Below, in pieces: positions 28,474-36,920 of a DNA stretch of 64,000 bases. Every line of letters begins with the position of its first letter. Position 1 is the first letter of the stretch. The DNA is taken from NCBI GenBank assembly GCA_002423385.1, contig DIVV01000128.1, positions 87 to 64,086 of the forward strand, given 5' to 3'. The position numbers and the translations under genes were made by a program. The notes beneath the pieces were generated by a model. It was not told the DNA's origin, did no database searches, and saw only the letters and a list, made by a program, of their open reading frames with translations. The DNA is from a bacterium UBP16_UBA6123 (GTDB taxonomy: Bacteria > Muiribacteriota > UBA9980).

Positions 28474-29505
28474 TCATTCCATCCAATGCCTTGAAGGGGA
28501 TGATATTTTTTTCCCCCTCACAAATTTTAAATGTAGAGCTCTTTTAATCTTAACGTTAAGGAGTTTCATTGCGGACACACTTTTCGAAAGATTGATAATA
28601 TCACTTTGAGATTTTATTACTTTAGTAAGGCGACATATATTATAAAGAATATTAAAAAGAATTTGGTCTGAATTCGCTAAATCATCTGAGTTAATATCCT
28701 TATACTCGCCCGTATGAACGTATTTACATCTTTTCTTGTATAAGCCATCCATAAGTTTTGCCCAATATTCAGTTTCATTATTTGTCATCCATCCAAACAT
28801 CCCAACAACATTATCAATAATATCATCAATTTTGGAGGATAATAATGATTCAATAGCAATCATGTTATATAAAAATGAATCGTGAATTTTATGTGTAAGT
28901 TGACTTTTACCCGCTAAAATTGCAGCATTTCTGATTGAAAATTTCCAATTTTCATTTATAGCGCCGAAATCTTTATTTAATATTTTAATTAAATATGGAA
29001 AAAAATGATTTTTAATGTATTTGGCCCATTTATTATCAAGTAAATATTCACAAGTTGGAAAATGTATGCCCTTGCTTTCAAATAAATCTTTTTGAATATC
29101 GTAACATAAAATTTCATCCTGCAAATTAAGTGTTGCATCAGTATATGGATTGCCAAAAAAATATCTTCTTCTTCTATCTACTCTAAAAAATTGCGAAGAA
29201 GCTAAAATAAAAACAGAATCTTCAATTTGTTTAAACTCTCTGTCGAGTGATACAAGACCGTCATTGTTAGTTTTTATTATCGCATATGTTTCTGCTTTGC
29301 TAAAAAATTTATAGTTAAATATTTTCATCCATTTTTGTTTTTTTACATAAGATGAAATAGGGCTTTTAAATCCTATTTTGTTTCTGATACGCGATATTTT
29401 GTCCGCTGATACGAAACGGACTTGCTCTATCTGATATTCACCTTTTAACTCTTCAGAAATCTTTAAATTATAAATTGGAAAACACAATATCCATTTATTT
29501 GCCAT
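28474..29505 (-). CDS. Hypothetical protein (343 aa) with HEPN-like R-x4-H motif, possibly Abi-like
   Basis: LYKKRCKYVHTGEY matches the Rx4-6H HEPN signature. Start ATG is 1 nt after the brxL stop. Very AT-rich. Confidence 0.35.
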   Translation of the reverse strand: MANKWILCFPIYNLKISEELKGEYQIEQVRFVSADKISRIRNKIGFKSPISSYVKKQKWMKIFNYKFFSKAETYAIIKTNNDGLVSLDREFKQIEDSVFILASSQFFRVDRRRRYFFGNPYTDATLNLQDEILCYDIQKDLFESKGIHFPTCEYLLDNKWAKYIKNHFFPYLIKILNKDFGAINENWKFSIRNAAILAGKSQLTHKIHDSFLYNMIAIESLLSSKIDDIIDNVVGMFGWMTNNETEYWAKLMDGLYKKRCKYVHTGEYKDINSDDLANSDQILFNILYNICRLTKVIKSQSDIINLSKSVSAMKLLNVKIKRALHLKFVRGKKISSPSRHWME

Positions 29506-29506
29506 T

Positions 29507-31534
29507 TTAACTAACCCCCAGCGCCTTAAACACAGCGTCTATCGGGTCGGCATAGAACGAAATCTGGAACTTCGAGAACAGGTCCGCAGGAACGGTCGGA
29601 ATCTGAGATACCGACGACATTGGAAGAAGGATTTTACGGGCACCGGCATCGCAGGCAACCTGTAAGGTATTGGCGAGGTTATCGAGCGAAGCGATGGTGC
29701 CGCCCAGGGTCATCGAACCTATAACGGCCATCTGTTCCTGAATGGGTTTATTTAAGATGCCCGAGCATAAAGTAATAAGGGTGGTCAGGGATAGTTCATC
29801 AGAGGCGCCAGCCCCCTGAAGGTCGATGATATGAATCATGAAGTCTTTATTATCGGTCTTTATGGTGGCGCTGATTCGCGATGCGTTAGCCTTGAAATAG
29901 TTAAAGCCCGTGTTGATGCTTTCCTTTACATTAACTGACTTTCCAGCGCCGGTCTTAACGAATTTACCAGAACCATCCAGGATTTGAAGTTCGAGTTTAT
30001 AAACGCCGAACATATCGCTGTCGCCGCGAGCAACGGTATAGATATGTCCGGCCTTGCCTACCCCTTCCGGAATGAGAACATTGCCGCCCTGTTCCGGCAC
30101 TGAAACGAAAAACTCGTCGAAGGATTCGTTATCGATATACGAGAAATGGACATCGTAAAATTCCATTCCGCCGAGCTTCTTTAATTGTTCTTTTATCCTG
30201 CGGCGGGTTTCAAGCGCATAGGTCAGGCATTCCTTAACGTTGTCGATAGTATATTTTTCGTCGGGGAATAGAAGTTTAAGCATCCCCGAAACAGTCTTTT
30301 TAACCGCTATAACGTCACGCTGGTTAAGATTGCTGCCGAGTTTAAAGAATTTAGTAATAGAGTCAGAGAAATTACGCTTACGCATTTCTCTTAAGAACTC
30401 AGCAAGATAATCGACAATGAATCCGAACTTATTGGTAAAATACTCAGGTCGCATCTTGGGTATTTCCCAGCCGGGTATATAGTTATGGAACCTATCGAAG
30501 AAAGCCGTATCAATCATCGTTTCAGGAAATGGCTCGAACAGGTGGGATGTCTTTACAAGAGTTTCGACGCTCTGGTTAATATTGCCGACGAACACCATAG
30601 AAGCATTGGCAGAAATGGCATCCTTGCCTCGCGCGAAGGAACCGGACGCCATAAAATCCTTCATAATCTGAACGCCGTCTCGGTCTTTAAACGATATTCC
30701 GGCGACCTCATCAAAAGCCACTACATCCCAGAGCCCGACAAGTCCGACGGTCTTGGAGGCCATATTATAAAACAGGTTCGCCACCGTCGTCTGCCCGCCC
30801 GAAACGAGAATCGAATTGGGCGAAATTTCTTTATAGATATGAGACTTACCCGTTCCTCGCGGCCCAAGTTCACAAAGATTATAATTATTTTCGCATAGCG
30901 GAATCATTCGTGCGAGCAGATGCCACTTCTCACGGTATTTAAACTGTTCGGGCTCCATGCCCACCGAGCGCAGCAGAACGTCAATCCATTCTTCTTTCGT
31001 AAACTTCTTACGCCCTTCAAAGACTTCGTCCATATCCATGTTAGGCATCTGGATAGGCTTCAGGCTCTGTATTTCAAACGGCGAATGAAATTTCGTATCG
31101 TCATTGAAGTTATATTCGATTTGCAGAATACACCATATTCCGCCCGCAAGAAGTTTTTCGAACTCCTTTACATAGTTCGCGGAAACTTCTACGTCCTTAA
31201 TCCCCAGGTTTAAAAGGGTAGCGACATACATATCTTTTTTTTCGTTGAGCCTGACGGTAACTTTATCAATTATTGAATAGCGGCCGGATTCTTTTATCTT
31301 CGACTTGACCTTTTCGGCTTCATCGGGCCGGACATAATTTTCCGCCAGAATCTTTTTAACGCTCTTAACGCCTTCGGTTATCTCGTCTTCGTTAGACGTG
31401 GCGCAATACATTCCAAGAAGATACTCAAGAACGTAAACAGGAACGTTCGCACCTTCTTTAATAAGTTTCGTAAGGTCTTTGCGGACGACCTTTCCAGGAA
31501 ATACCTCATTTAATTTCAAATCAAGAACATCCAT
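29507..31534 (-). CDS. brxL: BREX system Lon protease-like protein BrxL
   Basis: 675 aa; N-terminal ATPase-like region (GPRGTGKSH) and C-terminal Lon proteolytic-like domain (DLQGAGASDELSLTTLITLCSGIL...VIGSMTLGGTI); follows pglZ. Confidence 0.8.
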   Translation of the reverse strand: MDVLDLKLNEVFPGKVVRKDLTKLIKEGANVPVYVLEYLLGMYCATSNEDEITEGVKSVKKILAENYVRPDEAEKVKSKIKESGRYSIIDKVTVRLNEKKDMYVATLLNLGIKDVEVSANYVKEFEKLLAGGIWCILQIEYNFNDDTKFHSPFEIQSLKPIQMPNMDMDEVFEGRKKFTKEEWIDVLLRSVGMEPEQFKYREKWHLLARMIPLCENNYNLCELGPRGTGKSHIYKEISPNSILVSGGQTTVANLFYNMASKTVGLVGLWDVVAFDEVAGISFKDRDGVQIMKDFMASGSFARGKDAISANASMVFVGNINQSVETLVKTSHLFEPFPETMIDTAFFDRFHNYIPGWEIPKMRPEYFTNKFGFIVDYLAEFLREMRKRNFSDSITKFFKLGSNLNQRDVIAVKKTVSGMLKLLFPDEKYTIDNVKECLTYALETRRRIKEQLKKLGGMEFYDVHFSYIDNESFDEFFVSVPEQGGNVLIPEGVGKAGHIYTVARGDSDMFGVYKLELQILDGSGKFVKTGAGKSVNVKESINTGFNYFKANASRISATIKTDNKDFMIHIIDLQGAGASDELSLTTLITLCSGILNKPIQEQMAVIGSMTLGGTIASLDNLANTLQVACDAGARKILLPMSSVSQIPTVPADLFSKFQISFYADPIDAVFKALGVS

Positions 31535-31553
31535 AACGGCTCCTTAAAACCTT

Positions 31554-34196
31554 TTAAAAATCGTCAAAGTCGTTTCCAATCCCAATATTGATATTGTAGA
31601 TTTCTTTCATGTATTCGCTATCCGTATCGACATCGTTGGCTACAAGATAATAATTCCTGCTCTTTTCATAGTTTCCGTTCTTAACGGTCAATTGAATTTT
31701 TTTCTCGCGTTCGTCGGCGTTCTTCGATGCGCTGTCGAACACAATCGTTTTCGAATCACTTATCATCCTGTAAATACCATCAGGCGTTATATCATATAAA
31801 GCAATAGAGAGTTCGCGCGGCTTAAGTTTATCCTCTAACCTATCCTTCTGAAACAAGGTAACGCTGAATCGATTATTAGTTATCTTACGCATCGTCGAAG
31901 TCAGCGTTATATCGACCTTACGCTGCGGTATTCCATCTAATTTCTTTCCTTTAATGTGCCGACAGCTGATTACCGGAATAACGACTTCCTGAAGCGAAGC
32001 TCCGCCATGGACATAATTGACGCCGCCGCCCTGAGCCTTAAACCGGTTGTTGCCATTTGGGACTATCACCGAAAGCCCCGAATTTTGTTTGCCGAGGTAA
32101 TCGAGGACTATATTAAGCGTTCCTTCCTGCCCATTGAGATGTTTACCCAGCATAAAACGCTTATTTTTGCTTATATAGTTTGAACTATCGACTTCAACCC
32201 TGTCGCTCTCTTCGAGCGGCTTCCGGCTATATATAAAACCGTGGTCAGAAGTTATTACGATATTATTGCCGTTGAGATTCATTATCTTCTTGACGCCGGC
32301 AATCAATCTGTTTATGGCATTTTCAACCGCCTCAAAAACTTGAGCCTCGCTCTGAGGATTATCGCCTATGGAATCAATAGAATCGTCGTAAACATAAAAT
32401 ACACGATTTTCAGATACAAATTTTCTTCCGTTATCGCTATTCATGGCCATAAGTTCATCAATCTTAATGGCGACCGAATCGGGTCGCTTTTCTTTAAGGA
32501 TTTTATCCCTGTTGTCGATTCCGGAAGAGTCAAGGTCATTTACCGTTACATGACCGTTATCGGTCACTCTAATAGCCTCTCTGACGTGTTTAAGGGGTAA
32601 TAACGATGCCATGCCCAGTTGAGTATATGATGGGATGACTCCGAGCATCGACGTCAGAGTGATTTCAGTCCTCGTTTCTTTATCGATGCGGCGGGAAAGT
32701 TCTTCTGCAATTTCAAAACGAAGGCCGTCCGATATAATAATAAAAATTTTATCGCGGTCGTTTTTATCCAGAACGGGAATTTCGATATGCTCCCTGTAGA
32801 ACTCGAACTGCCTTTTAATGCCTTCGAGTTTCAGGTCCCAGCTCTGCAATTGCTTTCCGGCGATAGTGTTTTCTTCCTTCACCAAAGCGGTCCACTCACT
32901 TGACAGGTTAAACAGATACCAATTAACGTAAAGGTCTTCGACTCTTTCAACGAGATTCTTCAAGATATCGGCCACCTTAGTTTTAGCGTAGTAGAAGTAA
33001 AAATTTCTGTATGCCTGGTCAAACTTATAGTAATCCGAGCAGTATCCCTTAAAAAATTCATTGACGGTCGCATGTTTGAAGCCGTCATTATACTTCGATT
33101 TCAACTCGAAAAGGTCAATGGCGGCATTAATCGCAAGATAAATATCAGAGTAGTTTTCATACCAGGTCATGTTACGGCGCTTTTCAATGATGCCCCTGAA
33201 TTTTTCATGGTCGGCGGAACCTTCAAGCAGTCCATTAATGATGCTCAGAATAACCGCCTTATCTATAATATCGAATGTCGAGCACTCTAAATAGTCTTTA
33301 ACGTCGAGGCCTTTAATAACATTTTTAAAATTTATTTCGCTTTCTATTTCAACCGCGAATTGCCGGTATGAAGTTCCGTCAATTTTATGATTAACCCAGT
33401 TATCAACGAATACATGAGCATTGTTATGAACGGCCAGCAGGAACTTGTTAAGGGCGGCCGGAAAAGCCAGGCCGCGATAATCGTTATGGAAATGGGTAAT
33501 CAAAAAGCATATCATTAAATTTTTAAGCGATTTCTTATCGGTTTTGTAGCCATATTTACGTTCGACCAGCAACCAGAACTTATTAATTTCATAATACTTT
33601 TGAATATCCTGGTAATTGTCGTTGCTTTCGGCTTCGAGCCCTCCGGATAAAACGGCGCGGACGATACTATCGGCATCAGTGTTTTTAATGCCTGACAGAA
33701 CCGCCATAAAACAAAGGGCAAGCTCCGCTTCGTTGATATCCTGATTGATAAGCGCTTTAATCGCCTGGTACCGCTTAGAACTATCAAAAAACTTAAGATT
33801 ATTCTGGATTACCTGTCTTAATGAACGGTCATGCAATCCAAGGTCATTATAAATGACCGAAGCCTTATCAGCTGAAAACTCATCTGAATATAAATAAATA
33901 TCCAGCAGCCAGTTCTCATCGTCCGGCGGCTTCGCTTCAGGCGAATAAACGATGATGTTTTTAGATTTCAATTCTTTTTCAATCAGATGTTTAACCTGAA
34001 ACTCATTTTTTTCGACGGTGATTTTTTCAAACCCGGCGATATCGAGCGCATCAAAGTCTTCACGAAACGCGGCTCCATCGTCATACCAGAATATGACCTG
34101 CCGGGCTTTACCGTGTTTCTGGCTGTGCTTACTTATTAAAATTTCTATCCCCTGTTTGATTTTATCTAAGTTCAATTTTAAACTCCTAGCGCTCAA
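31554..34196 (-). CDS. pglZ: BREX alkaline-phosphatase-superfamily protein PglZ
   Basis: 880 aa; PglZ domain hallmarks IVITSDHGF and NYVHGGASLQEVVIPV. Confidence 0.85.
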   Translation of the reverse strand: MSARSLKLNLDKIKQGIEILISKHSQKHGKARQVIFWYDDGAAFREDFDALDIAGFEKITVEKNEFQVKHLIEKELKSKNIIVYSPEAKPPDDENWLLDIYLYSDEFSADKASVIYNDLGLHDRSLRQVIQNNLKFFDSSKRYQAIKALINQDINEAELALCFMAVLSGIKNTDADSIVRAVLSGGLEAESNDNYQDIQKYYEINKFWLLVERKYGYKTDKKSLKNLMICFLITHFHNDYRGLAFPAALNKFLLAVHNNAHVFVDNWVNHKIDGTSYRQFAVEIESEINFKNVIKGLDVKDYLECSTFDIIDKAVILSIINGLLEGSADHEKFRGIIEKRRNMTWYENYSDIYLAINAAIDLFELKSKYNDGFKHATVNEFFKGYCSDYYKFDQAYRNFYFYYAKTKVADILKNLVERVEDLYVNWYLFNLSSEWTALVKEENTIAGKQLQSWDLKLEGIKRQFEFYREHIEIPVLDKNDRDKIFIIISDGLRFEIAEELSRRIDKETRTEITLTSMLGVIPSYTQLGMASLLPLKHVREAIRVTDNGHVTVNDLDSSGIDNRDKILKEKRPDSVAIKIDELMAMNSDNGRKFVSENRVFYVYDDSIDSIGDNPQSEAQVFEAVENAINRLIAGVKKIMNLNGNNIVITSDHGFIYSRKPLEESDRVEVDSSNYISKNKRFMLGKHLNGQEGTLNIVLDYLGKQNSGLSVIVPNGNNRFKAQGGGVNYVHGGASLQEVVIPVISCRHIKGKKLDGIPQRKVDITLTSTMRKITNNRFSVTLFQKDRLEDKLKPRELSIALYDITPDGIYRMISDSKTIVFDSASKNADEREKKIQLTVKNGNYEKSRNYYLVANDVDTDSEYMKEIYNINIGIGNDFDDF

Positions 34197-34854
34197 ACCA
34201 TAGCCTTAAAGTCTCTACAAATTTATTGAAAGCCCTATCTTGACAACCATTTACGCTAACTTTTTCGGCAATTTCTTTATATATCGAGGAAGAGCGTGGC
34301 TTTTTGATTTTTTGCAATACCGCTTCAAGAGCTTCTTTAGGGCGTTGAGGCTTAATTTGCTGTAAATTTTTAATGAATCCTTCATTTAAGAGCCATTGTT
34401 GTAATCCGACTGGCTGATTTCTCCAGCCGATAATTCCACTTAAACAAGGCGAGTTACTCCAAACCCAATTTTCAAGTTCAGGGTAAATAGCAATTACTTC
34501 TGAACGGTCCGCCCAGCCATTTTGCCTTAGTTTCACCTTGATTTTTTCTTCAATTTCTTCCACACTTTTATCTTCACTTCCACTCCCTTCATAGTCAAAT
34601 AGCATTAAAGCATATTTATATCTTGAAGAAAGAGGCATTAAGAAATCAACCCCATTTTTACAACATCCAGGGTCATGCCCCGGATGAGTGAAAATATCGA
34701 ATTTATCTCTGGCAATTGATATTCCAAGCGATGTTTGCCTATTTAATAACAAACTATTTATTGATTCTTTCATCGTATTATCTGCAACAAGAACAACAAG
34801 TTCTTTTTCTTTCTCGACAGGTAAAGCAATACCTTTTTGAAAAATTTTTTTCAT
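34186..34854 (-). CDS. Hypothetical 222-aa protein, partner of the upstream AAA ATPase (possible DUF4276/RloB/Toprim-like effector)
   Basis: Start ATG shares one nucleotide with the ATPase stop (TAATG at 34852-34856); overlaps pglZ start by 11 nt; no confident motif match. Confidence 0.35.
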   Translation of the reverse strand: MKKIFQKGIALPVEKEKELVVLVADNTMKESINSLLLNRQTSLGISIARDKFDIFTHPGHDPGCCKNGVDFLMPLSSRYKYALMLFDYEGSGSEDKSVEEIEEKIKVKLRQNGWADRSEVIAIYPELENWVWSNSPCLSGIIGWRNQPVGLQQWLLNEGFIKNLQQIKPQRPKEALEAVLQKIKKPRSSSIYKEIAEKVSVNGCQDRAFNKFVETLRLWFER

Positions 34855-36110
34855 TACAGCACCCCACCAGCAAAAAGAATACTTAAATTAGGATTATTCT
34901 TCCAATCTTTAAGTGCGGGATGTTCATTGCCCGAAACAATCACTGTAGCGCCACCATCGGTTTTATTAAAACATAACACATCACTCGTTTTGGACATACT
35001 TAATATAACCGGCGAATGTGTCGCAAGAAAGATTTGAGCATCATATACTGAAGATAAAGACTGATAAACGGATTCCATCGCACTGGGATGAATTCCGTTT
35101 TCAGGTTCTTCAATTAAATATATTCCATTAAAATTTTGAAGATATGCCAGAAGCGTCAACGCTAAAAATCTAAGCGTGCCATCTGAAGCCATCCACGAGG
35201 GAACTTCAATGTTATTTTTGTAAACTATTTTTAAGTATCGATGCTTATTATCGGGAAACTCAATAGTAATTATATCTATAATATCGGGCAATGCACATTG
35301 AATATGCTTTATCCAATCCCGAAATCTATCTTTATCCGTAGTACGAAGTTCCTCAATAACCCACGGAAGATTGGAGCCATCGGATTTGAACATTTTTGGC
35401 TGTCCGGGAGGACTTGCTACACGAATAAGCTGACTATTTAGCACTATTTTTTGAATTCCTTGAGTTAAAAGTTTTTTAAACCACATGGTTACCGGAAACA
35501 TCGATTTGTCTTCCGGCAAATTAGCTAATGCGGTTTTTTTAGCTCCAAACTTGAAAGACGGACTCCATTTTTTTTCTTTTACAGGCACTTCAGAATTAAA
35601 ATGGTCGTTCCCTTTTGGTGTTTTACATAGTATCGTTTTAATACCCGTTAAATCCTTTGTAAATAATGATTGCGGGGGAGAAGGCTCGTTATCTATTAAA
35701 AGTCCCGAATTACGAATTAATCGTTTGATAGATGGTTTCAACAATAATTTTTCTTCAAGAATACCAATTTCATTGGTTTTCATAAGTCCGATTCGAACTT
35801 GATAACGAATAATTTTATATGTCGATTCATTATAAGTTTTTATATATTTTTCAGGTATTTCAGCTTCTATTGCAAGTTCGAAGAAATCGCTTTCGCCTTT
35901 CCATACCAGGTCATGAAAGTTTTGCGTTCTATCGGAAATCGCTTTATCGACACCATCCGAAACGAGGCTTCCTAAAAAGGCGATAACATCCAGAAACGTC
36001 GTTTTTCCGCTTGCGTTAGGCCCGACAAGAACATGAAAATTACTCAACTTTTGTGCAATATGTCGTAAGCATTTATAATTTATGGTTTCGATTAATTTAA
36101 TCATTTTCAA
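34854..36110 (-). CDS. AAA_21/ABC-type ATPase (OLD/RloA/AriA-like ATP-binding protein)
   Basis: Walker A VLVGPNASGKTT, C-terminal IYLIEEPENGIHP (Walker B/D-loop) and LATHSP H-loop motif typical of AAA_21/AAA_15 defence ATPases. Confidence 0.6.
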   Translation of the reverse strand: MKMIKLIETINYKCLRHIAQKLSNFHVLVGPNASGKTTFLDVIAFLGSLVSDGVDKAISDRTQNFHDLVWKGESDFFELAIEAEIPEKYIKTYNESTYKIIRYQVRIGLMKTNEIGILEEKLLLKPSIKRLIRNSGLLIDNEPSPPQSLFTKDLTGIKTILCKTPKGNDHFNSEVPVKEKKWSPSFKFGAKKTALANLPEDKSMFPVTMWFKKLLTQGIQKIVLNSQLIRVASPPGQPKMFKSDGSNLPWVIEELRTTDKDRFRDWIKHIQCALPDIIDIITIEFPDNKHRYLKIVYKNNIEVPSWMASDGTLRFLALTLLAYLQNFNGIYLIEEPENGIHPSAMESVYQSLSSVYDAQIFLATHSPVILSMSKTSDVLCFNKTDGGATVIVSGNEHPALKDWKNNPNLSILFAGGVL

Positions 36111-36164
36111 CCTCTAAAACTAACTTTTAAAATATGGCATTATAATTACCTTAGAACCTTATTA

Positions 36165-36920
36165 TCATTCAAGCATTATTCCAAAACATTTTTCATATTC
36201 TTTTAAAATGTCTTTATGTTGTTCGGCCATAATCTGATTATATTCTTGCTGGCGCTCGTATTCTATCAGATTCATTTCATTATCAAGCATTTTATCCAAT
36301 TCATGTTCTAAAATTAAAAACTCATTTTCAATATCTTTTTCAGCATGCAAAGTATTAATACATGTTTCAAAAAACAAATATATTTCATCCATTATGTCTT
36401 TAAAGTTTTCGATGTCAATCCATTGTTCATGATTTATTACCATATTTAAATGCTTATCGAAAGGATACCTGAAATAAAATGAATTTTCATCCTTAAGCGA
36501 AAATTCATTGATGTAATTTTCCGCCACATCAATATCTACATCACATACCTCATTATTTTTCAATATCTGCTTTACTTTTTGTTGCCAAACTTTATTGATA
36601 TCATGACTAACGGCTTTAATAAATTTTATTTTATTTTCAGTGGACTCATTGGAAAAAACAATATAAATGTACTTTAATACTAATTCCAAATAGTGCCTAT
36701 ATAAGAAGAGAACTGGATATATCAAGGTGTCATAGGATTTTGAACTATCATCGTTCAATATTTTTTCAACCAAAGCATCAGCACCATTTTTATACCCTAA
36801 ATAATATCCCATCAATCTCAATTCTGACTTTCCCCAACCAATCTGACTTAACTTCGTTGAGGGCCTGGTCTCAAAAAGACTTTTTCGTTTTTTAAAAATT
36901 TGTATGTGGGTTATAGTCAT
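36165..36920 (-). CDS. Hypothetical 251-aa protein translationally coupled to pglX
   Basis: ATGA overlap with pglX stop at 36917-36920; AT-rich; no recognisable domain. Confidence 0.35.
   Translation of the reverse strand: MTITHIQIFKKRKSLFETRPSTKLSQIGWGKSELRLMGYYLGYKNGADALVEKILNDDSSKSYDTLIYPVLFLYRHYLELVLKYIYIVFSNESTENKIKFIKAVSHDINKVWQQKVKQILKNNEVCDVDIDVAENYINEFSLKDENSFYFRYPFDKHLNMVINHEQWIDIENFKDIMDEIYLFFETCINTLHAEKDIENEFLILEHELDKMLDNEMNLIEYERQQEYNQIMAEQHKDILKEYEKCFGIMLE

Noticed and set aside
34854-36110. Calling the 418-aa ATPase BrxD
   Set aside because: BrxD belongs to BREX types 2 and 6 and, as far as I recall, to a different P-loop family. This protein has the LATHSP/AAA_21 signature typical of OLD/RloA/AriA-like ATPases, so it is left as an AAA_21-like ATPase.
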